Shown here: positions 10,072-19,532 of the stretch, piece after piece
How the letters are laid out: each line of letters opens with the position of its first letter
Position numbering within the stretch: position 1 is the stretch's first letter
DNA from: Verrucomicrobiota bacterium
Lineage (GTDB): Bacteria; Verrucomicrobiota; Verrucomicrobiia; Limisphaerales; AAA164-E04
Length of the DNA: 42,069 bases
Direction: 5' to 3'
Assembly: GCA_040264395.1 (NCBI GenBank)
Contig: JBDQII010000002.1
Location: 1-42,069 of the forward strand
Made by a program: the position numbers and the translations under genes
Notes under the pieces: model-generated
Seen by the model: the letters and a program-made list of their open reading frames with translations, nothing else
The model's database searches: none
Told to the model about the DNA's origin: nothing

Positions 10072-10441
10072 AGATTTAGACACACGTTCGAAGGTTAGGA
10101 TTATTTTGTTTTTGGAATGTTTCAGAGTCCAGTAAAATAAATATGAGAAATATTACACTCATTGCGCCAATCCCTTGTCACCTGAGAAAACAACATCGGA
10201 CAACACCGCTCACACCTTGCCTCCAAAAAGAGTCGTGAGTGAATGTATCGTGAAACATCAGAGGGGCTGCTGGCTAGCAAGTCCGGAATCTCAGCCACAT
10301 CGCAGCTAGGTAGCCTGCGATGTCCCATTTGGCAAGAGCAATGACGCGGAACGTTCCTTCAATATGTCCGCAGCTATCTTGTTGACGTGCATGTCTCGAC
10401 AGGTTCGACCGCTCTTGAGCACGCAGTCGTGATTCTGATGA

Positions 10442-10894
10442 CTATGATGAGACGGTGCGGTGGTGTTTGACTCGAACGATTTTCCTCAGAGTCCTTGTAG
10501 CCACTCCCATCAGGGGGAATTCCTCATAAACTCCCTTCGATGCATCCCAATAATCCTTTTGAAGGATCACTTTTCCCGAGTTACCAAACCGAAGCATGGT
10601 GATTCCTGGCAGTTTTCGCGATTTTCCGCGAAACTGGTAGGACATTTCCCAATGAATGAAGGATGTGGGGTCGCCCACTGCCTGGTCCATTATTCTGAAG
10701 GTGATTTGCTTGAGCTGTTTGAACAGGTCCAGATAAACCGTCTCCATTTGCCCCAGCCCGCTTGCCTCATTGACAGGGTCCGCGAAATGAACCGCTTCAT
10801 CGTAAATATCACCCAGACGTTCACAGGACGATTCGTCCATGGTTTGCAGAAAATGAACAAAGGAATCCAGAGGTTTATTGCTAGCTGATTTCAT
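10442..10894 (-). CDS. NTF2-fold (SnoaL-like) family protein
   Basis: The track ORF starts at TTG 10909; the first ATG at 10894 gives MKSASNKPLDSFVHFLQ. The pattern L..IYDEAVHFADPVNEASG ... F.I.D ... WEMSY ... GITMLRF...GKVILQKDYWD fits small NTF2-like proteins. Cytoplasmic (no signal peptide). Confidence 0.55.
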   Translation of the reverse strand: MKSASNKPLDSFVHFLQTMDESSCERLGDIYDEAVHFADPVNEASGLGQMETVYLDLFKQLKQITFRIMDQAVGDPTSFIHWEMSYQFRGKSRKLPGITMLRFGNSGKVILQKDYWDASKGVYEEFPLMGVATRTLRKIVRVKHHRTVSS

Positions 10895-11088
10895 GCAGGC
10901 AACATGCAATACACCTGCCTCAAATCAAGGACTGATTGAGTGCTCGCATTTCAAAGAAAAAAATCGACCACCTGTCATTCGACTCTTCTCTGGTCATTGG
11001 CATGGTCCATGGCGAGAGTTCCCTTTTGTTGGAGGTTCTACCGACTCGAAAGAACGAAATACCTTCATTTAACAACAACCTGTGCCCT

Positions 11089-14000
11089 CTACTCGCGTGT
11101 CAATCGTTCCATTTCAAACCGAATAAACTGGCGGGCGAAAAGTGAGGCGTCAAGCGTTGCACGGTAAACGATTAAACCCATTCCGGTTCCGAGATTGGTT
11201 CTTCCCACATATTCAACGTCCGCAGTCCACGTTTTCAAGTCGTGTGAAATCAAAGGTATCGTTAAAAACTCATCAGCTCCGACTCGATGCTCAAAGGCAA
11301 TGGTTAAATAATTGCCGTCTGACTGGAGGGATTCTAACTTAATATCAAATGCAGAGGATGGGTCAGGGATATGAGGATCGCTTCCCAAGACATATTCGAG
11401 CAACTCCGTTCGCCCGTCTCTGTCTCGATCGCCATCCAAGCTCACCAATGCATGCTCTGCCATCCAGTTCAGTAGGCGTATAGCGTCGTCTCCACCCGGA
11501 TTTCCCCCGGAATCAGCACTGGTCCGCCAACTCTCAGGAGATGTTGGATCGCTTATCCAAGGCGTCATCAATACCAGTGAATAACTGTCTCCATCCGCGT
11601 TCTCAGGCCAGGGAGCTTCGTCGCTCCATTCGAAGGAAGCAATCTCACGACGGCTTGCATCGGACAAAGTCAAGCGCTCTCCGGAGTTTGAAAGCCTGTT
11701 ACTGTCAGCGGAATGGAAATTACCGACCTTCTGGAGAGTGCTCCCATATCGTGTTTCAAATGCCTTGGAGTTCCCGGCGACGATGACTCGCTGTCCTGGC
11801 TCGAGGGTTAACGATGGCAGCGCAAAGCGAATTCCGGAGGTGAAGGCTGCGCCTGTCAAGTCCACGTGGGTGTGGTCGCTGATATTGGTCAGTTCGACAA
11901 ACTCGAATGACTCCCCGTCAAAGATGCCTTCTGCGCGCTCCTGATCCGAGGGATCTGCAGGATGATACATGACTTCGGTAATAGCCAGGTTCTCCATGCT
12001 GGCAAGCGCGGATAATCCGGTTCCAATGATGCGTACCGAGTCGGTTCCCAGAGATTTGCCTGTACGATCGAAAGCTGAGAGTGAAATGATGTTTTCGCCC
12101 GGGGCGATGGGAACCTGCACTCGCCAGGTTGTTTCGTTGACCCAATCCATTGGTAATAAATCGCCACTTGCTAAGCGGATTTCATGCAGGTCCACCCATC
12201 CACTGCCTTGTATGGATGCGACCTTTTCGGGCGAACTGACGTTGTCAGCCGTCGTGATCCTGTACTTCGTCGGCGCAATGATACGATTGACCTCATTCAC
12301 GGCGGTGCTGCGACGAGTATTGATATAGGAAAGAAATCGGGTGAGGTCTTCACTGGGGAGGAAACAGGAGTAGTGTTCGGCCCATTCTGTCATGTAATCC
12401 ACGTTGAAAGTACTTTCCACAATATCCCAGACGTGTCCGTAGAAGGCTCGCTTGTTTTTCGGGCTGGCTGAAATCAATCGATTCAGATCCGTGTTTGGCG
12501 TGAGGCTCGAACTTGCATTTCGATTGAAGGTAAAATCCATATCCCAGGGAAAAAGCAACGCTTTTCCGTCTGAAGGCCTGATGTAGATGATTGCATTGTG
12601 TCGAGCTCCACTTGAGTAATTATCACCGATACCAAACAAGGATTGAATGGCAAATGATCGCAGCCATTGGTCAACGTCCAGTAGTCGATCCATCTCCTCC
12701 TGGTAGGTCCGACCCGATTGCCCCATCGCTGTCAGAACGTCAATCAAGGGTTCGTAATCGTCCGCATCGCGGTTGTTCTCCACCAGCCAGTGCCAGCGAT
12801 AAAGCTCCTTGTTGCTGCCGCCCAGATTACGCACAGGTACTCCGTGTGTCCCTCCATCCTGCGTCAGCTTCAACCCTTCGACACCGCCCGTTGTTTCTCG
12901 CAGTGTGTAGATCAATTCGTATTCGAACATCGCACCATCGCTACCGTTGATGAACTGGTTGTCCAGATACTCCGCGTCGTATCGAGACTTCAGTAGCATG
13001 GCTGAGCCGGTATGCTGGGATCGTGGGGCAATCACTCGTATCAGATCATCATACATGCCGGGAATGTCTCCAGCGTGATTGATCGCGTGCTTGACCATGA
13101 TTTCTTTTTGACTGAACTGATCACCCGCACCCGATCGATCAACGGCCACCGTCCGATGTGCCCCCAGAAAGGGTTGATCTGCGGGAAAGCGTAAAAGGAA
13201 ACCCGCCCGAACATTCTTTGCGCGTCCATGCTCACTTCCCTTGAGCCGCACGCTGCAGTTGTAATAGACTTCACGTTCGTCAACGATAATTGTACACCCT
13301 AGACGATCGTTACTCATGACGTTGGTGCGGCGGTGGAGCTTCTCAGTGTCGGCGTCGGTCATGACAATCCGGAGATTCATCGGTTGACAGGCGCCAAGGT
13401 CAAGGTCGGCTTGACCATCATTGTACGGGACGATGGCTCTGGACGTGCTTCCTCCCTCCGGGTGAGCCGTTGTCATGCCGAGATGATCTGTTGCTTCAAC
13501 GTAGAATTGTATCTTTGTGCCAAACGCTTGCGACGGTATTTTTCCTGACCATTCCCCTGCGTCAGATAAGTGCATTGATGTCATCTGAAACGGGTCCCCA
13601 TTGACCGCATGGAATAATTGAACGGACGCCACCCCGTCGGGGTCACCTGTCTTGACAAAGACATGGACGGATTCACCTTCGACGGGAATGGCTGGTTCAT
13701 GGTGAAGGTCACTGAAAGTTGGTCCGGCATTCATTACATGGGCGGAATTGAGTTGGCCTGGTGTTCCTCCATCTTGCGGTGCATCCAAAATAGTCGTCCG
13801 GGCGAGTCGATTGAAATAGAGCCGTGTATTGAGTTGGTTTGAACCACCCAGCCATTTGGCTCTAAAACTGATTTTATAATTTTTGTTGGATGAGATGGAT
13901 ACAAATGAACGACCTGACTTCAGTGTTGTCTCCGCGTGATTGCTCATATGCTCTGTGGCACCGGACGCCCGGACCCACAAAACACGATTATTCGGATCCT

Positions 14001-17000
14001 CCGGATCATCGATCACTTCATAGTTACTGTGGTTTCCCAGCATTCGCCATCGCTTTGCATCTCCACTATTGAAATGTCCGTTCTGAATCAGTTCCGTATT
14101 CGCACCTTCAGGATCCTGGCGTACGCTGATATCGTCTATCAGGAACTCACCTGCATCCAACAGTCCGAAAATGAATTCGTGATAGATGGTGGGATCGTTG
14201 GGGCTCTGCGTTGCTCGGCCTTGGTAGGTATAAGTGCGCCAGGGTCCTTCGACTTTACCCGGATGCCAGGCCCCGGGAAGTTGGTTTTCAGATCGAGGAT
14301 CCGCCAATTCAAGACTGGAGCCTCCTCCATCTGCCATCGCTGACCAGGGTGCATCGTCGAGATAGTAGAGCTCATCCGCCGGATTGCCGTAGGCGTCGCT
14401 CAGTCGCAGTCGCTCTCCACGGCGAGAAAGCGATCCGCTCCACTGACCAATCACAGGGATGGCAGGATAGGCTTCAGCAAACGCAAGCGCATCTCCAGCC
14501 ACGATGGAATATTCGTTCGGAGCCAGAACCGTTCCCAGTGGGAATTCAAATCGCACTCCGTCGTCAAAGACCCATTTGCTCATGTCCACTGGGACATCCC
14601 CTTGATTCCATACCTCGATCCATTGATTGTCTGACCGACGAAATGGAAGGCCTGGAATCGCTGGAACAATTTCCTCGACTGCGTTGAGCGTCAATCCGAA
14701 GACCACATCACTGCTGTTCAAAGATGTTTGATGCACCTCCACTGATATTTGATTTGATCCGACATGCAGTAGCTCCACAGGGATGGAAACAGCGGATGAG
14801 AGAGTGGCTTCCCCTCCACGCATTGCGAGCGTGTCATGATCGACTTTACCATCGGGCATGCCATACCGAAAAACCTCAGTCCCATTCAGGTAAAAAACCG
14901 CTCCGTCGTCGATCAAATGAATCATCTCGATTTCCGCAAGAACCGCCAGCTGTTCCTGAGTCACATCAAACTCAGTTTGAAAATAGTGGGTGACAACGAA
15001 TGGATCATTCAGTGATGGGCGAGTGAGCAAGGTGTCCACGGGATACGGCAGCGATCCCGTCTCCCAGGCGATCAATCCTTTCCCTTTTTTCCAGTCGCCA
15101 CCAAAAGAATGCCTGCGGGATGCCCAATCAGAGCCTGGGTCATGGCCAGATTCATTGAACAGCCAGTCTGCCCCCCACCCCACAAGTGGTGCGATATCTA
15201 CCGTTTCCGGGACGCCCGGGGTTGCTACCAGTGGCCGAGGATGGTACATGATTTCATTGATCACAATATTCGAATGAAACTCGAAAATATTTGCACTTCC
15301 AAATGTTGCCTCAGAGGGGTAGAGCCATCGTCCGTCATGCTGGGGGGAACGTCCTCGCAGCCGGTCTGTGACTTTGACGGAATCCAGTAACAGCCCGTGA
15401 ACAGCATCCACTAGAAAAAGCCGGTCACCGAGCATCGGACGGAAATTCAGTTCTTGTTCGGAAAGAGAATGCCAGGCGTCTTGAGGCAGACTCGAAATGT
15501 TTGTTAGTTCCTTGGTGCTCCCATTCGATGAACGAATCTCCAGGCCCTTCAATTCACCCGTCATGTTGGATCGATTCACCATTTCTACGCGGAAAGAGGG
15601 GTCAGATGCAGCGCTGATTTCGTTGAAAGCGATGCTCACTGCTTCGCTGGGGTCTATGGGTGCTGTGATTGAGTTCACTGAAAGACCGAATATCAGATTT
15701 TCAAGGCTTGCTTCCGACATATGAATTTCGGCGGACAGGATATTTTCACCATCACGCAGCGCACCCTCAGTCAGAAAAAACGTCTGACTCAATGCGGGCT
15801 GAATCACCACTTCGTTTGCCCTTGTCGCATGATTGATTTCCTCCGTCGGTAAATTGGCGCGATGAATTTCAATTCCATTCAGATAGAGTACGACACCGTC
15901 TGCAGCCAAGACACGGAATGCCACCGTCGTTCGATCCGGGGCTCCGGTGAATGTGAATCGTTTTCGAAAGTAGGCGGTGGAACTGTCGTCGGTCAGTTTT
16001 GTGCCGAGGTCTCCTACGCCTCCCGTGGTCGTCGGTGCGGTATTGGGTTTGAGGGTTTCATCTGCCAGGCCCCGGATCGATTCCGGGGGCAGAGCTGTTT
16101 CCCAGATTGCCACATCGTCCAGTCGTCCTTTCCATGATTCGCGGTCCTGATCTCCACCAAAATACAGGGGCTGATGATGGTTCAAGCCACTGGAAATAAC
16201 TTGCTCTCCCATGGGAATGCCGTTTCGAAAATAAGTCAATCGAGGTCCTTGTTTCGTCACGGAATGGTGCGCCCAGACATCTACAGGGAAATCGGGGTAG
16301 TCAATATCCTCACTGGTTGAGGATCGATGAAATTCAAATGCGGCGCTTGTGAATTTGATGAACTCTCTGGGTGAGAAATCCGCTCCATCTGGATTGTATC
16401 GGTTGCCAATGATCACATTGACATTTCCTGGTTTCATTGAATAGGCCCAAAAGGCCCAGGTGAAATCATTTTCCAGGGTGATCTTCGGAACACTGATTCC
16501 GGTGGTTACGTAGTCATTGATGCCGTCAAATTCCAGTACTGGCCCGCGCTCCGAGTCTACAACCCATCTGGGTCCGTTGCGCAAGCGTCCGTCGATGTCA
16601 CCCGCCAGATTCTTGGCCCTGATTCCGCTGCTTGCATCGAGAGGCCAATATGCGGATGGGCCTTCACCTACAGACCCTTTCCAATCCTTTCCTGCATGAA
16701 AGGCGCCAGCTCCTTCTGACCAATCCTGATCATCAAAATCCAACTCCCTCCAGCGAGTTGGTGGCGGATCTGATTCCGTGTGGAACCTCCATCTGGAGTC
16801 CAGCGAAACCAGAGTGAACTCTGAGGGAGACGATTCGGGTGTTCGAACATTTGGTTGTCCGGGTGTGCCACCCAGTTCCAGACTCGCCCGCCAGTTCTTT
16901 GGGCCTCCCTCAGCTGTGTTCTCTCTTATTTTTGTCAGAGTTGCGCCGGAACCGTCCGCTCCTACCGGCCAGTCACCGTCGTCCTGATAATCGAGGCGAT

Positions 17001-17421
17001 CCATGATGCGCCCGCTGTTGTTTTCCAGACGAATCGAGTCGCCACCGTTGTTCAGGCGGCCTGTAAAAGCTCTTGGATGGACATCTTGCCCTTTCAAATC
17101 TGCATGCTGGGGATCAGCGGCCACCAGAAGCAAACCACGACTATCCATGACTGTTCCTTTTTCAAATAGGAGCTCAATTCCTCCTGCCAATTTCCAGCCG
17201 GATAGATCGACCCTTACGCCCATGAGATTCCGTAATTCAATCCACTCGACTCCTTCAGGAGCAGGATGATATTGCACTTCGTTAAAGACGACGACCGAAT
17301 CCGCCGAAGCCATCGCACGATGCATCGATACTGCAAAACAGAGACAGATGATACTCATCCTCATCCATGGCAGCAGGCTGGACTTCGGAGGGGCAATGCG
17401 TTTTCCCGTTTTGATTTTCAT
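11089..17421 (-). CDS. Giant secreted lamin-tail-domain (LTD) / LamG / CotH-kinase-family protein
   Basis: 2110 aa with ATG at 17421-17419 and a GGTGAGG Shine-Dalgarno-like element 4 nt upstream. LTD signatures are VVFNEVQYHP...WIELRN (aa ~43-165), INEIMYHP ... WIEVWN, and ITEVMYHP...FVELTN near the C-terminus. LamG-like block is EFDGINDYV ... LDDVAIWETAL (aa ~255-450, nt ~16072-16659). CotH-like block is RLKGSEHGRAK ... LDVDQWLRSFAIQSLFGIGDNY ... FPWDMD (nt ~12500-13400). A Ca-binding-like DGDRDRDGRTELLEY lies near the C-terminus. Confidence 0.9.
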   Translation of the reverse strand: MKIKTGKRIAPPKSSLLPWMRMSIICLCFAVSMHRAMASADSVVVFNEVQYHPAPEGVEWIELRNLMGVRVDLSGWKLAGGIELLFEKGTVMDSRGLLLVAADPQHADLKGQDVHPRAFTGRLNNGGDSIRLENNSGRIMDRLDYQDDGDWPVGADGSGATLTKIRENTAEGGPKNWRASLELGGTPGQPNVRTPESSPSEFTLVSLDSRWRFHTESDPPPTRWRELDFDDQDWSEGAGAFHAGKDWKGSVGEGPSAYWPLDASSGIRAKNLAGDIDGRLRNGPRWVVDSERGPVLEFDGINDYVTTGISVPKITLENDFTWAFWAYSMKPGNVNVIIGNRYNPDGADFSPREFIKFTSAAFEFHRSSTSEDIDYPDFPVDVWAHHSVTKQGPRLTYFRNGIPMGEQVISSGLNHHQPLYFGGDQDRESWKGRLDDVAIWETALPPESIRGLADETLKPNTAPTTTGGVGDLGTKLTDDSSTAYFRKRFTFTGAPDRTTVAFRVLAADGVVLYLNGIEIHRANLPTEEINHATRANEVVIQPALSQTFFLTEGALRDGENILSAEIHMSEASLENLIFGLSVNSITAPIDPSEAVSIAFNEISAASDPSFRVEMVNRSNMTGELKGLEIRSSNGSTKELTNISSLPQDAWHSLSEQELNFRPMLGDRLFLVDAVHGLLLDSVKVTDRLRGRSPQHDGRWLYPSEATFGSANIFEFHSNIVINEIMYHPRPLVATPGVPETVDIAPLVGWGADWLFNESGHDPGSDWASRRHSFGGDWKKGKGLIAWETGSLPYPVDTLLTRPSLNDPFVVTHYFQTEFDVTQEQLAVLAEIEMIHLIDDGAVFYLNGTEVFRYGMPDGKVDHDTLAMRGGEATLSSAVSIPVELLHVGSNQISVEVHQTSLNSSDVVFGLTLNAVEEIVPAIPGLPFRRSDNQWIEVWNQGDVPVDMSKWVFDDGVRFEFPLGTVLAPNEYSIVAGDALAFAEAYPAIPVIGQWSGSLSRRGERLRLSDAYGNPADELYYLDDAPWSAMADGGGSSLELADPRSENQLPGAWHPGKVEGPWRTYTYQGRATQSPNDPTIYHEFIFGLLDAGEFLIDDISVRQDPEGANTELIQNGHFNSGDAKRWRMLGNHSNYEVIDDPEDPNNRVLWVRASGATEHMSNHAETTLKSGRSFVSISSNKNYKISFRAKWLGGSNQLNTRLYFNRLARTTILDAPQDGGTPGQLNSAHVMNAGPTFSDLHHEPAIPVEGESVHVFVKTGDPDGVASVQLFHAVNGDPFQMTSMHLSDAGEWSGKIPSQAFGTKIQFYVEATDHLGMTTAHPEGGSTSRAIVPYNDGQADLDLGACQPMNLRIVMTDADTEKLHRRTNVMSNDRLGCTIIVDEREVYYNCSVRLKGSEHGRAKNVRAGFLLRFPADQPFLGAHRTVAVDRSGAGDQFSQKEIMVKHAINHAGDIPGMYDDLIRVIAPRSQHTGSAMLLKSRYDAEYLDNQFINGSDGAMFEYELIYTLRETTGGVEGLKLTQDGGTHGVPVRNLGGSNKELYRWHWLVENNRDADDYEPLIDVLTAMGQSGRTYQEEMDRLLDVDQWLRSFAIQSLFGIGDNYSSGARHNAIIYIRPSDGKALLFPWDMDFTFNRNASSSLTPNTDLNRLISASPKNKRAFYGHVWDIVESTFNVDYMTEWAEHYSCFLPSEDLTRFLSYINTRRSTAVNEVNRIIAPTKYRITTADNVSSPEKVASIQGSGWVDLHEIRLASGDLLPMDWVNETTWRVQVPIAPGENIISLSAFDRTGKSLGTDSVRIIGTGLSALASMENLAITEVMYHPADPSDQERAEGIFDGESFEFVELTNISDHTHVDLTGAAFTSGIRFALPSLTLEPGQRVIVAGNSKAFETRYGSTLQKVGNFHSADSNRLSNSGERLTLSDASRREIASFEWSDEAPWPENADGDSYSLVLMTPWISDPTSPESWRTSADSGGNPGGDDAIRLLNWMAEHALVSLDGDRDRDGRTELLEYVLGSDPHIPDPSSAFDIKLESLQSDGNYLTIAFEHRVGADEFLTIPLISHDLKTWTADVEYVGRTNLGTGMGLIVYRATLDASLFARQFIRFEMERLTRE

Positions 17422-18142
17422 ATGACCTCACCGTTTGGCTGCGTCCTGAATATTGACGCTATTATGTGTGAATTTGGGTTCCATTGTTCAAAAATGCGAT
17501 TACTCATTCAATTTTGATTCTGCGTGTCTGATCCGGATCTTTCCGACAAGAAAGATATACATTTTTTGAGTGAAAAGAGTTGTCTATCGGTCCGTTCTGT
17601 ATGGCATGAGTGCCAATACACAAAACAAATTTCAACGCACCTTGGATTCGCCAGTAGCAGTCAGGGTAGCTCCAAGTTCCCCTTTGTTTCTCGAGCAGTG
17701 CGCACAAGCGAGATTGATTCCTGCCCATAGGTAAGGTCATGCATTCACAAGGCTTTAATTTTGTCGTTCTTGAAGATGCCAGCACCACCGGTCTGAAGTA
17801 TACAGATACCCATTTCACAGTTTTTTCACAATTGAATTGTCCAAAGGATGCAGTTGTGTGTTTCAGTCGACGTTGAATTCTCTCTTAATTCAGGGATTGG
17901 ATGCTTCGCTCAGTTGATTGACGCATGCTTTCAATACCCATAGGGGGCAGTCAGTCAGGGCCCTGCGCATAACTAGAGAACAGCACAAAGGGAGGCTACT
18001 GGTAGTCGCCTGCATTCATTGAACTTGAGCGAGATCTTTCCTAGTAGGTTACGGATCAGGAAAGGAGACCCCGCAATTCATCGGAAGGAGGTATCATCTA
18101 TAAGAGTATCCATCAACACCTACATCCCTTCCTTCCAAGGCG

Positions 18143-18547
18143 TCAATTACGGTTGACGCGCTTTAGCAAGTCGTAAGTCTTTTGAGCGTTTTTGTCGCCA
18201 TTCTCAATCGCGTAAATCAATTCTTCCTCCAGATTCACAAGGGAATCCCTAACCGCCATACCTTCCTTCGCCGATTCTACCTCGCCAGAAAGCTTGATCT
18301 CCTGAAGCGAAATCAACGCCGATCGATATTTCTTTTTCTGCATGGCCTTCGAAGCTTCATTGGCGTGCTTTTTCAAATTATTGCTGGACTCGTTAAAAGC
18401 GTCACTCAAATGATCTGCAGCGCCATCCACGCTGTCGCTTGTGCGCCATCCCTCATCCTTCTCCCCCATGCCGCACCCCATCCATAAGACGCAGACAACG
18501 GTCAGTATACAAAAGTTGATTGCCCTAAGTGTCTCTGCTTTTTTCAT
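18143..18547 (-). CDS. Hypothetical small secreted or lipo-protein, mostly helical
   Basis: 134 aa with ATG at 18547. N-terminal hydrophobic segment INFCILTVVCVLWMGCGMG (non-canonical lipobox), then a Lys/Glu-rich helical region. Lies 40 bp downstream of the pseudopilin-like gene on the same strand. Confidence 0.55.
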   Translation of the reverse strand: MKKAETLRAINFCILTVVCVLWMGCGMGEKDEGWRTSDSVDGAADHLSDAFNESSNNLKKHANEASKAMQKKKYRSALISLQEIKLSGEVESAKEGMAVRDSLVNLEEELIYAIENGDKNAQKTYDLLKRVNRN

Positions 18548-18587
18548 ATGCTGGGTTTATGAAATCGTATGCTTTGTTGAATTGCGG

Positions 18588-19379
18588 TCAGTCGCCGTTC
18601 GAGGAGGCAGGATTACACCAGAAACGACCTGGCCTATTGCCGCGAAATCCGCCGATACCGGCTTCCTCGTAATAATTGCTGAATTTCCAATACTCCACAT
18701 GACCGCCAAACATCGCCAGATTGGCACCACTGTTGTGTCTTTCCGTGACGCCCTCGTTCGGGCGACTAGCCACATTGTCCCAGTTGGAAGGCAATTTCTC
18801 ATCCGCCTCCCAATACAGTAAATTTTCCCCATTGAATTGATCCATCTTGAAGCTTCCCCACTTCACGCCATTGGGGGAGGTGCCATACGCGGTGACCGCA
18901 CCATTCATCACATAGCTGGAAACTTGCATTTCACGTTGTTTGAACAAAGTGGTATTTGTGCGGTCCAACGGGCACCAGTAGATCTGTCCTGATGGAATGT
19001 AGTTCCATAGCTGCCCCAAGCGCACATCGTGCTCGGGGTTCTGCCCTCGCTTGCGGGTGTAAAGCCAATTGGCGACGTCGTAGGTACCGCTACTCCACGA
19101 GCTGTAAGGCAGGTAATCTTCGGCATCGGTGACATACATGTGGGTAGCGAGGAGAATTTGCTTTTGATTGCTGAGGCATTTGGTTCGATGCGCCTTTTCC
19201 TTGGCTTTGCTCAAAGCGGGCAACAGCATGCCGGCAAGAATAGCGATGATGGCAATCACCACCAGAAGCTCAATCAAAGTGAAAGCTCGCAAGAACCATT
19301 GGGTTCCTGACCGCATACCAAAACGAATAGGGCTCAAGGAATTCTTCATGGGATGTTGAAATAATGGTTTTAATCGCAT
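18588..19379 (-). CDS. Prepilin-type N-terminal cleavage/methylation domain protein (type II secretion pseudopilin-like, DUF1559-like orphan)
   Basis: [42 protein letters not shown], and a C-terminal [16 protein letters not shown] resembling the H-x-DGHV end motif. Track start 19388 is TTG. ATGs at 19379, 19349 and 19316 are all possible; 19316 gives the shortest, most pilin-like leader. Confidence 0.85.
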   Translation of the reverse strand: MRLKPLFQHPMKNSLSPIRFGMRSGTQWFLRAFTLIELLVVIAIIAILAGMLLPALSKAKEKAHRTKCLSNQKQILLATHMYVTDAEDYLPYSSWSSGTYDVANWLYTRKRGQNPEHDVRLGQLWNYIPSGQIYWCPLDRTNTTLFKQREMQVSSYVMNGAVTAYGTSPNGVKWGSFKMDQFNGENLLYWEADEKLPSNWDNVASRPNEGVTERHNSGANLAMFGGHVEYWKFSNYYEEAGIGGFRGNRPGRFWCNPASSNGD

Positions 19380-19473
19380 TTTTTTCAAGGTTTATTTGTT
19401 CATTTTACCTCGCCCGGATAAATATTTTCTCCATCTGGTAGATCTTTGAAATATTGCGTTGCATTGAAAGTCC

Positions 19474-19513
19474 AAAAAAAAAACGCCGGGACAGATAAGT
19501 TTCCGTCCCGGCG
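19474..19513 (-). terminator. Rho-independent terminator downstream of the DUF1080 gene
   Basis: Perfect 9-bp stem CGCCGGGAC (19484-19492) / GTCCCGGCG (19505-19513) with a 12-nt loop. On the minus strand it is followed by a run of 10 U (A10 at 19474-19483 on the plus strand). The stem begins 20 nt after the TAA at 19535-19533. Confidence 0.8.
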
Positions 19514-19532
19514 CAACAATAATGCCTGCCAC

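Noticed and set aside
10297-10323. 9-bp hairpin ACATCGCAG/CTGCGATGT, and a second hairpin at 25204-25241 (ACTGCGAT/ATCGCAGT) sharing the CTGCGAT core; possible REP-like elements or terminators
   Set aside because: Neither is followed by a U tract on the relevant strand. The shared core is only 7 nt and also occurs in coding sequence (around 940). Two occurrences are not enough to call a repeat family.
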